Shown here: positions 13,136 through 27,680 of the stretch, one piece after another
How positions within the stretch are numbered: the stretch's first letter is position 1
Layout of the letters: the number at the start of each line of letters is the position of its first letter
Assembly (NCBI RefSeq): GCF_006345805.1
Contig: NC_043001.1
Location: forward strand, 12,834,001-12,898,000
Direction: 5' to 3'
DNA: 64,000 nt
DNA from: Octopus sinensis
Taxonomy: Eukaryota
Notes under the pieces: model-generated
What the model saw: the letters and a program-made list of their open reading frames with translations, nothing else
Databases searched by the model: none
What the model was told of the DNA's origin: nothing
Position numbers and translations under genes: made by a program

Positions 13136-13544
13136 GGCGCAGGAGTGGCTGTGTGGTAAGTAGCTTGCTAACCAACCACATGGTTCCGGGTTCAGTCCCA
13201 CTGCATGGCATCTTGGGCGAGTGTCTTCTATTATAGCCTCGGGCCGACCAATGCCTTGTGAGTGGATTTGGTAGACGGAAACTGAAAGAAGCCTGTCGTA
13301 TATATGTATATATATATATAAATGTATGTGTGTTTGTTTGTGTGTCTGTGTTTGTCCACCTAGCATTGCTTGACAACCGATGCTGGTGTGTTTATGCCCC
13401 CGTTACTTAGCGGTTCTGCAAAAGAGACCGATAGAATAAGTACTGGGCTTACAAAAAAAAAATAAGTCCCGGGGTCGAGTTGCTCGATTAAAGGCGGTGC
13501 TCCTGCATGGCCACAGTCAAATGACTGAAACAAGTAAAAGAGAG
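13136..13544 (+). mobile_element. SINE family A, full length
   Basis: GGCGCAGGAGTGGCTGTG... to ...GACTGAAACAAGTAAAAGAG. Confidence 0.93.
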
Positions 13545-14782
13545 TGCAAAGAGTATAACATGCGAATACTTATATATACGCACGATTACATACATGTATA
13601 TGCACTTAGATACCAGATTAATTCGTTTGTCCGCCTGACACCATGTTCTATATGGAGACTATATGTGTATGTCTGTACGTGCGTTTCCATGTCTCGTACT
13701 TTTTTCTAACGTTGGCTTGAATGCAATGTATTTGGATTTATTTGGTGAAGCAGCGACAGATTTATTCGTGATCAGAGGCATTCGTAAACCGAGGTACTAC
13801 TGTATGAAATGAATATCAGAAATATAGGACGTAAAGTAAGATTTCTTCATGATCAGAGTGTTTTCGAAAACCGGGTTTCCCTCAATCATATTCGCGTGTG
13901 TCTGTGAGTCCTTTATATCAGCATGTGCGTGTATCCATATTTCTGTTAGCGTGTGATCATTTTCGTACCCGAAATAAAAAGAAAGCCGCCATATTGAATG
14001 TAGTTCATAAATATACGTTTCTTCAAGCAGATCTGAACACGAGTTGCTCGAATCCCAAATTTATTAGTAAAGTTTATTCGGATTTCACTTAAATGTTCTC
14101 TCTGCTTTTCTGGTTACACTTATTTGCCATTAGAATATTATGGTTTGAATGTGGTTAACTGATTAGACAATATAAATAAATTTTATAGCCTGAGTATTCG
14201 GAGCGGGGGCTGCATGCTTCACACGCATCTGTTTAAGATAAGTAATTATGAAATACTTCAATGGAAATGAATCTATAGGTAGGCATGGGGCTGGTAGATT
14301 AATTTCGTGCGTGTCCAATAGTATGTCTCACATTGACATTGTGTTAGTCTAGCTTATAGAACTGTCACACATAACTGAGACAACGTGAGTGGTGAAGTAA
14401 CGAAAATGACACCTTACAGCCTTACAGATGATTACTGAAATAAGGCAAAATCTGGCTGTTAATGGAAGCAATATAATCTTCTATTGAAAATTGGTAAACC
14501 ACGGCAGCCAAGGAAACTATATAATAAAAGACATTACGAAACAGAAGACATAATAGAGTGTCAGGTAAATTCGTTCCTCTCTCCACTCCATTAATGTTCA
14601 TCTTTTCCAGTGTCGTTTTATTAAGCATGGAAAGGAGAAAAAAAACTAGCATTTTATGGCTTTTGTTTTCTCAGCTCTGTTTTTCTTCTAAAAATTTTGT
14701 TTATATTTTGTGAATAAATTTTACCTCTTTTCCAATACAGGAGATAAAATTTTAAAATTGAGAACAGATTTCTATTATACTC

Positions 14783-14858
14783 ATCTTCCAAACCATTGTA
14801 GCTAGAAAAGTTACAATGGTTTGGAAGATATTATGTAATTTGCTGCATCTTCGAAATT
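14783..14858. repeat. 18-bp perfect hairpin overlapping a 58-bp segment duplicated at 15428-15485
   Basis: ATCTTCCAAACCATTGTA (14783-14800) and TACAATGGTTTGGAAGAT (14812-14829); 14801-14858 recurs at 15428-15485 with one mismatch. Confidence 0.85.
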
Positions 14859-15083
14859 ACAAGTAAGAGAGTAAAAGTGTAAAATCTAAGGCTTTATATT
14901 TTAAAAGATATGTCTATAAATCTAAAGACCGAACGTTATGTGCCTAATCATATGATTTTAAAAAAATATTTTCCACCTTTCAATAATTATGCATCGGCTT
15001 GACAGACTAAAGGAATTAGATTGCAGTCGACATTATTTGCATTTTAGACACTTTTATTGTTTTTTATCTATATAGAGCACACT

Positions 15084-15175
<92 letters not shown>

Positions 15176-15183
15176 TATATATA

Positions 15184-15430
15184 CTCTTTTACTCTTTTAC
15201 TTGTTTCAGTCATTTGACTGCGGCCATGCTGGAGCACCGCCTTTAATCGAGCAGCTTGACCCCGAGACTTATTCTTTTGTAAGCCAGTACTTATTCTATC
15301 GGTCTCTTTTGCCGAACCGCTAAGTAACGGGGACATAAACACTCCAGCATCGGTTGTCAAGCAATGCTAGGGGGACAAACACAGACACACAAACACACAC
15401 ACGCATATATATACATATATTCGACGGGCT
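15184..15430 (-). mobile_element. SINE family A, 5'-truncated
   Basis: Reverse complement of the tail and 3' domain; stops at CGACGGGCT. Confidence 0.9.
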
Positions 15431-15553
15431 AGAAGAGTTACAATGGTTTGGAAGATATTATGTAATTTGCTGCATCTTCGAAATTTCCTCTTCCAACCTG
15501 GATAACAATGTGGAGAGGATTTCGAAAGTGTTCTCTTTTTGTCTCAGTGCATG

Positions 15554-15585
<32 letters not shown>

Positions 15586-16907
15586 ACATGCACACACGGA
15601 CAAACATATACATGCACATGCTACGTCAAATTTTGCAGTGATTCACACTTTCCAGACATATGCCTCTCTCTCCACTTCGCTCTCTCTCCTCCCCTGTCTC
15701 CGTCCATATATTCATATATATGTATGTATGTGTGTTTATGTATGTATGTATATACATTTTCCCTCTAAATGTTTGTGTGAACACTCAATAGAATGGACGT
15801 ATCCTCGTAAGGTCAAGCAGTGATGCTTTTGATTGTAAGATAAACGCAAATATTTTCAGTAAGACATTACACTAAATAAATTCCTTGAATTATTCATTAC
15901 AGAATTGATTATTAATCAGCTTATGCTTATAGAGAAATGTTTTGTTTATCATCTTCTACATAGGACTTGACCTACCACAATAAGTAGAAGCAGGAATTAA
16001 AAACAAAAAAAAATATTCTAAATCTATTAAGGTCATTATAGCTGCATTTTATAATTGCAATTTAGCAATATTAGATGACAATGATTCATCAATAATTGTG
16101 TCCTAATTCTTTAAATATTTCCATTGAGTTATTAGTGTCTGAAATTTTCGGTATTAGTTTTTTTTTCGTAATTCCAATGCAAATTGATAGAAAGCGTATT
16201 ATTTTAACAAGTTTTTCCCCTTACAGCTAACACCACTTCTTTCCTAGAGAAGATTAATAGAGACATATAAAAGTAAATAGAACGAATGTGTTAGGTCTAT
16301 AGTAAATTAATATTTTCCATCATTGGTTTCATGAGGTTAGACAGAATTAGATTCATTATTTGATTGATTATGAACTGTGTATCGATTGTAAGTAAAGTAG
16401 AACATAGTTTTCAGCTGCTCTGTGTTTATTCAATAACGTTTAACATCGATGTCAATGGCTATCAGGTAATTATTGAATGTTGCTCTAGGAAATCGATCTA
16501 TAAACCATAAGCATTTTCTATCGATGGCTAGTACAATCTTTCTCTCCAAATGATAGCGACGTTTTAGTAAATCATCCTGAATTATATTTCGGAATAATGT
16601 TACATAGATAACGAAAGCGAACAAAGAAAAATTCTGTGGTATATGACACGCACCATAAATTGTCTGCATCATCATTTTATGCTTGTCTGTCATTTACTAT
16701 AAAGAATAGGTTTCAGCTTCTGAAATCTGGGTGAATACTTTGATATTATATGAATTAAATACAGAATACTGATGAGGCTCTTTAAATAAGAAAATATTGA
16801 GTAAAATATACTTTATGTGGAGAGAGAAAACTATATGAATTTGAGAAAGCAGTTTTTTTCTGGTAATGGAACACGACAGACAGTCGGTTATACTTTTTCA
16901 ACTGAAA

Positions 16908-17143
16908 GGCGGCGAGCTGGCAGGAACGTTAGCACGCCAGGCGAAATGCGTAGCCGTATTTCGTCTGTCGTTACGTTCTGAGTTCAAATTCCGCCGAGGT
17001 CGACTTTGCCTTTCATCCTTTCGGGGTCGATAAATAAAGTACCAGTTTCGCACTGGGGCCAATGTAATCGAATTAATCCCTTTATCTGTCCTTGTTTGTC
17101 CTCTCTATGTTTAGCCCCTTGTGGGTAGTAAAAAAATAGGTAT
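16908..17143 (+). mobile_element. SINE family B monomer with 14-bp target-site duplication
   Basis: GGCGGCGAGCTGGCAG..., B-box-like GAGTTCAAATTCC; TSD TTTTTCAACTGAAA at 16894-16907 and 17144-17157. Confidence 0.92.
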
Positions 17144-19490
17144 TTTTTCAACTGAAATTAGCTTTTTATTTGTGATATTATTATCGAATAGTCACTAGTT
17201 CGGAATCAGTTGAAAGTACTCGCAGTTACAGAATTTCAAAATTTTTCGACATTCTTCAGGACTAATTACAAAGATTATCAATATGTATTATTTTAAAATA
17301 GTGCAAGCAGAGACGTTAGTCTTTATTCCAGTAGTGGTGTGCCTTCATCCCGTTTTAAGTATTCAATCCGTAAAGAAATACAGCTTTATTGTTGAGTCCT
17401 AAAATGGAGTTTCCATTGTGTGGAAATTATGCTCCGACATGGTAAAGATGCTTGAGGGACATCCCTATAAATGCAATGAATAATTTCTAATATAAAAATC
17501 ACTACTGAATAATACTGCTGTATACTGGTGTATTGTATATATGGAGAGCATATACATGAAAGGAATCCACCTGTCTGGTCTAGCGCAGAGAGAATCGTAA
17601 ATAACTGGAAATGTTCCGGACGAATTTCTTAAAGCATACAAACTCAAGTATTTTCCGAATCTTCCGTCTTCAACTTGCCTCTTGTTACAAGTAATAATAA
17701 TAGCTCTACGGTACTCTTCTGTTGCTAACACAAACTAAATATTATTGAGTTGGACATATGTATTGCTTCTGATACTCAGGCTACAGAATTACGTTGCTGT
17801 TGCAAAGAGCACGGTGTGTGGATGCAGATATTACTTGCGGAGAGACTATTTCATTTTTAAGAACGCAAATCACTTTGTAAGTTATATATAAATAACTTCA
17901 AGTCCTCTGGGAGTTTTATGCTTTCTTAATAAAGTAGATAATCGGGTATATCGATTAACAAAATACAAGGAATATCACAGTACCGAACTTGGCGATGATA
18001 TTAATCTAATATACAACGCTCGGGGTAAATATGTATCTTCTTAGCAAAATTATAATTCTAATGAGATTACTATTTTAAAAGCACTTTTGAAATCCGCTAA
18101 CAACTGCGTATTAATATAAACTGTGCATCGTTAAAAATCAATACTGTAACAATCAATTGTTTTCTCATCAAAAGCAGAGATGTTAACATCAGATATTGAA
18201 ACATATTATAAAGTGATTTCAATTCATTTGGAATGGTTTTAAACTAGAAACGAACTGATGCAGTGTAATCAGTGACAGATAAAGCCGTTACAATTTGTTG
18301 CGATGGACGACATTATTCAGTACTTCATTGTGCTATCGAAAAATACTAAATGGTATATATAATGGTGTAATAATTATATTTTGCGATGTCATTATAAGGG
18401 GAAGTATACGCAGTTACATAAATTGTTAAAAACGCCACAAAAATAGCGTGAATAATAGAAGCAAAAAAAAAACAGATTAATTAAAATTCGATGCCTTTGA
18501 AATATTTGCTATTTCATAAACGTCAACAAAAAGGGCAGAAATTAATGCACGATTTTCAAGGAAAAAAAGAAATTGATATAAACTTTTTTATATAGTTCGT
18601 CATTTGTGTAGCCATACGATTTTTGTTTCGACGATTATTCCGTTTATTTTTATTTGAGTCTCGTAGTTGACCATTAATTTATCTAATTTTACGCATGGTT
18701 ATCGTTTATATTTCAAGTTAATTTGCAATCACTCATGTGTGTACATCGTCAAATTAATACTGAAAACATCCACGTTGCGATATGAAATCGTGTCTTTTTT
18801 TTTTCCATGTGGTGAGTCAATTGAGAAGAAAAATGCTAAACAATATTTGAATATGTCGACATTTTTTGGAGAATTTGTTTCATGTTGAGTATGACGTACA
18901 TTTATTGAAACACATATAATGGATTAATACAGCTTTTAAACGTCAAAAGCATTTCTATAACTCCATACATGAGATTATATCTGAAGTGTGTTAACGAACA
19001 GGCGACGGGAAATATAAAACGAAACAAACAACGATTTCATAAGATTGCAAAAGAAAGGAGGTAGGCGGGTGGGGAGGATGAGTTTCGTGAAGAAAACAGC
19101 AATATTTTCATGGAGAGTAAGTTTTTTTTCCTTTAATATCAAGACTAAATGAGAAAAATGAAAAGCAATATTTTATGGAAGAAAAGTTGAAATCGATTTA
19201 TTTAAAAGGAAATATAGCGTATAAAATTCTTATTAAAGAGCTTATGCAGCAATATACATATAATGAAATGATATAATTTTATTTGCAGGGAATAAAATTA
19301 TGCTACCCATAAAGAAATATTCATATATGCTACAATTATCGGTGAGTACGTATTTATTTTCCACAGTGTGTATCTGTGAGCTTATGTATGTGCATTTATA
19401 TAAGTCTGGATATATATGTGTATTATGCATATGTTTATAACTAAATATATGTACATACACGTATATAGATAAACATATGCATGTACATAT

Positions 19491-19535
<45 letters not shown>

Positions 19536-21236
19536 ATATATATGTATGTATATACGTATATATATATATATATTATGTATACATGTATGTATATCTATGT
19601 GTTTACTGGTCATAATCGTCTCTTTATTATTCGTACATATTGCTCATAATATTTTTATTGGTGTCATTAATAATTTTGCTCTATCAGTATAATATGATTT
19701 ATTTTATACATGTAACACATGTTACACTACACATTCAAATATAAGTGGAGCGTAAACAGTTGTGCGTGGGAGACTCACTCAGTCTCTATTTAAACGCACA
19801 TGTATGTATATCCATAAAACATATGCACTTTTATACTTTCAGAGAAAAATTAAAATGATATATCTATTGTGTCATAACCATCATGTATAGAATCACTTGA
19901 TTATATGCAGCTATGAGCACAAAAGATGGAAGCAATTCTTTACCGATATCATTGTTTCTTAATATCGCGACAAAGATTGACCCACAGTATGTGTATCTGC
20001 ATGTACATATGCATAGTTATGCAGCAATCGCATGGATATTTCTCATACGTTTAAGTACGTATACTTCATAGAGATTGCATTAGGACAAGTGAGTTGATAG
20101 TACTTGTAATTACTCAGTTACACGGCAGCGTTGCATATCAGTAGGATGACGATTTAATGCTCAGTTGGACATCATACGAAGCAATGGAACATAATTTACA
20201 GCGAAGAGAAAATTATTTGAAAACACCAGAAATTTGATATCAGAATGTTTTGTGATCAATAGCTCTATAGCTCTAAACCCAATTCTTTCCGGGAAAACAC
20301 TTCTACTTCCCCACACAACCCCAACAGACCACGAGATCAATATATATTTTAGTTGTCAAAAACGTGTTTGAGAGCGTGCGTCCCAGAAATTTTGGTCTCA
20401 GTAATGGCTAGCACATCTATGTCGAGTGGTCTTAAGTTGTTGAGCAAGTGGTATTGTATTGTTTACAATCTGACCCCAGACCACGTAGTGTAATGGATTC
20501 TACTCCGAATGACACCATGTTTATTTAGGCTTAAGTATTTGTAGCACAGAAAGATTCAGACCACTGTGAGAAATGCTTCTATATGGGCTTTTAGTCATAC
20601 ATCTACTTGCATTCAGTCATATTTCTTTCCTAGTTCTTTTTCGACCGCGTTCATCTGATACCGAAGTGTATTTTCCTTCACTGACAGAATTTAGTTTCTG
20701 TTTGATTGGATTATTTGGTACCCGAGAGTTCTCTTCAATATGTTTGTAATTTCTCCAGTGTTTCTATAATAATTTTCTTTATCTTCTTTTGTGCGCAATC
20801 TATTTATCTGAATTCCTGCATAAAGCTAATCTGCATAACTGAAAATTCTCCACAGAACAACGAATATTTTTTCTCCATTCACCCAATCTACAGTGAAACA
20901 TTTTCTTTCATTGTTCAGTATCTGCAAAAGCAGGATCTGCAGTTAATAGGAAGTCATAATAAAGAAGGTTTAATTTACCAATTTGAAGGGGCTTTACGCA
21001 GCTGCATTTAATCGCCAGAGATTTCGTTAAGCCAAGTTAGAATCGACTCACAAACCGGTGATCTTTTCCTAATGGAGACTCGTCTTAAATGAATGATATC
21101 TTAAAATGTTTTCCCCCAAAAAAGTTTTAAACGTTTCACTTTCTCGCTCGTGTATCTCGTCACGCTGTCATTATAATCATCGTTTTGCTGTTCGGTTTTC
21201 TTGTATTCTATCCTGTTAACTTTGACTGTTACGTAG

Positions 21237-21288
21237 AATCTGATAAAGAAGGGTTTGGCTTTTCGTTGAAGCCATGGCAGAACCGAAA
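21237..21288 (+). CDS. Speculative 52-nt exon (5'UTR plus MAEPK, phase-0 donor)
   Basis: Pyrimidine-rich tract then TAG acceptor at 21234-21236; Kozak-like GCCATGG at 21271; AAA|GTATGT donor at 21289. Confidence 0.22.
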
Positions 21289-22102
21289 GTATGTTTACGC
21301 GATGCGATGGTGCATGCACAATAATTAAATGGTTGGAAAAAAGTTGCACTTATGATTTTTCGGGAAAAAAAAATCATCACACAAAATTACTCCCGATAGA
21401 ATATTTAGTCTGCTGCAGAACTCTGTAGTTCTGTAATCCGTCTCCGGAGAAACCTTTTCGTTTTTTACAGACACAAGAAAGGGATAAATACTTACTGAGC
21501 TTATAACAAGAAAATCTGGTTTGTATTGACGATTACTTGAAAGAGAATTTTTGTATGTATTTCTTCTATACATTTCCACAAATCTTCCCCTTCTTGGTGT
21601 TGTAGATCCTAGTTAAATTCATGTGTTCAATAAATATATTTAACGATTTTGAACAAAATGAATAAATCATTCTTAGTGAATGATCTCAAACAAACAGTTA
21701 ATTAGCAAGGCTTCTCGTTCTGGTGTTATCATAGAGGTTTTTCATGTAATATTGAATGTGAAATTATCCACACTGTAGCACATTTTGACGAGTGCTAACA
21801 CAAGAAAATCTCAATAATTGAATCACACAATTGTTTCTGTTAAATATCAATAAACACAAACATACATATCTATAAAATATGTATATATGTATACATCTGT
21901 ATATGTATGTATGTATGTATGTATATATATATATATATAGTTATTAGTTATCGCCATACTAATATGGCATTCTTAAAAAATAAGAATAAAGCTGTCCGCT
22001 TATTAGCTCCATGAGGCCATCGCCTTAAGTTAGCTATTTGATGCACAAACTGTATCCAATAACCTTTGAACAAGGGAGTCGTCGCTCCACACTACTTGGC
22101 CG

Positions 22103-22147
22103 GCAGCTACAGACGCGTTTCGGGGTATTGCCCCTTTTCAATGCTGC
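22103..22147 (-). ncRNA. Minimal hammerhead ribozyme motif, U3-A8 variant (mirror copy)
   Basis: Exact reverse complement of 22734-22778. Confidence 0.6.
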
Positions 22148-22560
22148 GTAGCAGACAGTAGGTGTCGCTTCTGACAATCTCTGCTCAAAGGTTTTATTTA
22201 CCTAGCTTCGGTGGAATACATCCACTTGTTTTCAATAATAGAAATATTAAAATAAGAGAGACTTAGTAATTTTAATACTTGTATTATATATATATATTAT
22301 AGTATATATATATATATATATATAATATAATATATTTCTTTACTACCCACAAGGGGCTAAACACAGACACACAACGGACAAACAAGGACAGGCGACGGAT
22401 TAAGTCGATTATATCGACCCCAGTGTGTAACTGGTACTTAATTTATCCTTTCGGGGTCGATAAATTAAGTACCAGTTACACACTGGGGCGATATAATCGA
22501 CTTAATCCGTTCGTCTGTCCTTGTTTGTCCGTCTGTGTTTAGCCCTTGTGGGTAGTAAAG

Positions 22561-22599
<39 letters not shown>

Positions 22600-22733
22600 A
22601 GTATTAAAATACTAAGTCTCTCTTAATTTTAATATTTCTATTATTGAAAAGAAGTGGATGTATTCCACCGAAGCTAGGTAAATAAAACCTTTGAGCAGAG
22701 ATTGTCAGAAGCGACACCTACTGGTCTGGCTAC

Positions 22734-22778
22734 GCAGCATTGAAAAGGGGCAATACCCCGAAACGCGTCTGTAGCTGC
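22734..22778 (+). ncRNA. Minimal type I hammerhead ribozyme motif, U3-A8 variant
   Basis: GCAGCA-TTGAAAA-GGGG caata CCCC-GAAA-CGCG-TC|TGTAGCTGC; palindromic stem III ACGCGT; predicted GUC cleavage after 22769. Confidence 0.62.
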
Positions 22779-22951
22779 CGGCCAAGTAGTGTGGAGCGAC
22801 TGACTCCCTTGTTCAAAGGTTATATGGATACAGTTTGTGCATCAAATAGCTAACTTAAGGCGATGGCCTCATGGAGCTAATAAGCGGACAGAATTATTCT
22901 TATTTTTATAAGAATGCCATATTAGTATGGCGATAACTAATAACTATATAT

Positions 22952-24477
<1,526 letters not shown>

Positions 24478-24537
24478 TATATATATATATTATATATATA
24501 TAGATATATATATTTTTATATATATTATATATATATA

Positions 24538-24583
<46 letters not shown>

Positions 24584-24628
24584 ATATATAATATATTATA
24601 TATATATTATATATATATATTATATATA

Positions 24629-24940
24629 GGCAGGAGTGGCTGTGTGGTAAGTAGCTTGCTAACCAACCACATGGTTCCGGTTCAGTCCCACTGCGTGGCA
24701 TCTTGGGCAAGTGTCTTCGGCTATAGCCCGGGCCGACCAATGCTTTGTGAGTGGATTTGGTAGACGGAAACTGAAAGAAGCCTATCCTATATATGTATAT
24801 ATATATATATAAGTGTGTGTGTATATGTTTGTGTGTCTGTGTTTGTCCCCCCAGCATTGCTTGACAACCGATGCTGGTGTGTTTACGTCCCCGTCACATA
24901 GCGGTTCGGCAAAAGGGACCGATAGAATAAGTACTGGGCT
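24629..24940 (+). mobile_element. SINE family A, 3'-truncated
   Basis: Head to GATAGAATAAGTACTGGGCT, followed by a TATATATGTGTGTATACTG minisatellite. Confidence 0.9.
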
Positions 24941-25037
24941 ATACTGTTCTATATATGTGTGAACAGTATATATGTGTGTATACTGTATATATGTGTGTAT
25001 ACTGTTCTATAGTATATATGTGTGTATACTGTATATA

Positions 25038-25492
25038 TGTGTGTATACTGTTCTATATATGTGTGTGTTGGCGTAGGGGTAGAAAACATTTTTTGTGTAC
25101 GTGTGTGCGTTTGATCGTTCGGCTGTCAGTGGCTACTGCTGTGATAACCGTTGGGTGGCAGAAAGAAAAAAATAAAAAAATTATATATATATTATGTTTT
25201 ATGTGTGTGTGTGTTCATCTAAGCCTACCTTGTCAAGGAAACCCCCGCTGTGAAAAAACCAAGCCCCTTGGTTTTTTCACAGCGGGGAGTTTCCTTGACA
25301 AGGTAGGCTTAGATGAACACACACACACATAAAACATAATATAATATATAATTTTTTTATTTTTTCTTTCTGCCACCCAACGGTTATCACAGCAGTAGCC
25401 ACTGACAGCCGAACGATCAAACGCACACACGTACACAAAAAATGTTTCTACCCCTACGCCAACACACACATATATAGAACAGTATACACACA
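25038..25492. repeat. Near-perfect palindrome P3, arms about 226 bp, 3-nt loop
   Basis: Centre CTGTGAAAAAACCAAG-CCC-CTTGGTTTTTTCACAG (loop 25264-25266); arms differ only by small indels. Confidence 0.92.
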
Positions 25493-26051
25493 CACACGTC
25501 TCTAAGTAGATTTTTTCTCGCCACTTATAAAACATCCATATTCTTTAAATAGTCAGAACTTTATTCTCGGTCACAAAGAACATCTATACCACCCTCACCA
25601 CATGATTGACCGATGCCTGACCCGTTGAATTCTTCAGCCACCGGTTCTCAACATACACTGATAAACAGTTTCGCCATGGGCTCTTAGGAGCACAGTTCGA
25701 TTTGTTTTTTGCTCCGCCTCTGTTCTGTTTTTGTTTTTCCAACGGATTTCCTTTTTTCTTCCTGAAGAGAAAGACACAATATGGTCCCATTATCCAATCG
25801 GATTTTGGTAATTTGTGCCTTTCGAAACACGTGTAGAATGACATAAAACGATTTCTGTTCAATCTGCGTTCAGCTCCATTTCTTCAATTCACCAATAATG
25901 TTTTAATTTCAATTATCCGCACCAACGCACGGTTGCAACGCCAGATGGTTGTACCTCCAACCGTGCTGTTTACTGCTGTGATTTTTGCTACTAAGGTATC
26001 GGTTAAACTGTTGATTAATCTACTACAAGATTATTCATCTTTCTATTTCAC

Positions 26052-26086
<35 letters not shown>

Positions 26087-27680
26087 TTGAATGGTACAAC
26101 AATTCACTATAATACAGACAATGGGCTTATGTAGCTGTTGTAATTTAGTCATCCATTGTCTGATATGATATTTCGGAATAATATTCTTGCTTCAGATTTT
26201 CTTGGATAAGTCGCTGCTATAATCGCTTTTCCAACGCCTTTTCTTTATTATTATTCTTTTGGCGGGAGGGGCGTTTTAGCAGTGGTCTCCCAATGTTCCT
26301 TCCGGAATTCCTCATGAGAAGTGTGTGAGTTCGGCCATGTCTTTTTCTCCTTATTCTTCTATACAAACAATACACAATGCTTCAAGCGAACTACAAAGGT
26401 CACGTATATATATAAAATAGATAAATACACGCTCATATATTTATGCGTACCTATGTGTATGTGTATAGTTGTGTAAATGTATATGTACAAACTAGCAACC
26501 ATATATATATATATATATATATACATATACTTGCATACATACACACACGCTCACGCACACACACACACATAATTATATATATATATATGTGTATATATAT
26601 ATTATATATATATATATTTACACAATGTATATATATATATATATATGTGTGTGTGTATATATTTGTATATATATATGCGTGTGTGCGTGAGCGTGTGTGA
26701 GTGTGTTTGTGTATATATACAAATATGTATAAATATATATATATGGCTGCCAGTATGTACGTATACATACATACGCATATACACATAAATATATGAACGT
26801 GTATTTATCTTTTTATGAAAGATCCGTGCATGTTTTCCACCGTGACTATACGAAGTCAGGGTTGCATGATTGACGTGTAGCATTTGAATGAAAAGCATTA
26901 TAAAAATTTGCAATGCAAATAAAGTAGAGACGAAGAAGAAATAAGAGTGGATATTATGCATATTGCATAACATTTCAGTAATTTAATTAATATCTTCAGA
27001 AGTCATTTATGTCAGAGCAGAGATTGATTACATTTGAATTTTCATTTATGTCATTTTTTTAAAATGGTTCGCATACGCTAGCTCCATTCTGAAAAACAAT
27101 TAAAATATACACGATTATGTAATCATAGACATACACACACGCGAACAATCTCACTGATATAATGTATGTATGTATGTATGTATGTATGTATATACAGATG
27201 TGTGTATATGTATATATATGTATGAAGAGGAACTCGAAGCGAGTGAAGTAAAATATGTTGTTATGCTTATTGAATTCTGATATGGAATTTGAGATTCGTT
27301 ATATCATATAAGTGAAGTATACTTGGCTTTCAGTTTTCTAAACCTTTTACGAATATTGGGCAACAGAAATATATTTCGAAAATGATTGAATTTGCAAAGC
27401 TAACTCTTTCTATTCGTAAGCTATAACATACGTCAACTATATTCGAATTTCTATAATTCATATCATGAGAAACTATTTTTTCCTGATAATATTCAATTGT
27501 ATACAATACGCATGACCCATATACGTTGTTTAGCAATAGAAAATAGTATAATTTCATTTTAACATTTTTATGAAAGGAAGAGAATGTAAAAAGAAGAGGA
27601 AATGGACGCAAAGGAACAATTTTGCCAGAAAACGGAAAACAATTGTTTTAGCACACGTATTCAAGTTATCTGAGCAAATA

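Larger units (their letters stand above)
21934..22950. repeat. About 1-kb near-perfect palindrome P2 (PLE-type terminal repeat + (TA)n + SINE B 3' half, mirrored)
   Basis: Arms about 21934-22447 and 22459-22950 with 11-nt spacer CTTTCGGGGTC. Confidence 0.92.

Noticed and set aside
25500-26040. Possible mariner relic
   Set aside because: No transposase motif or TIR pair could be confirmed.
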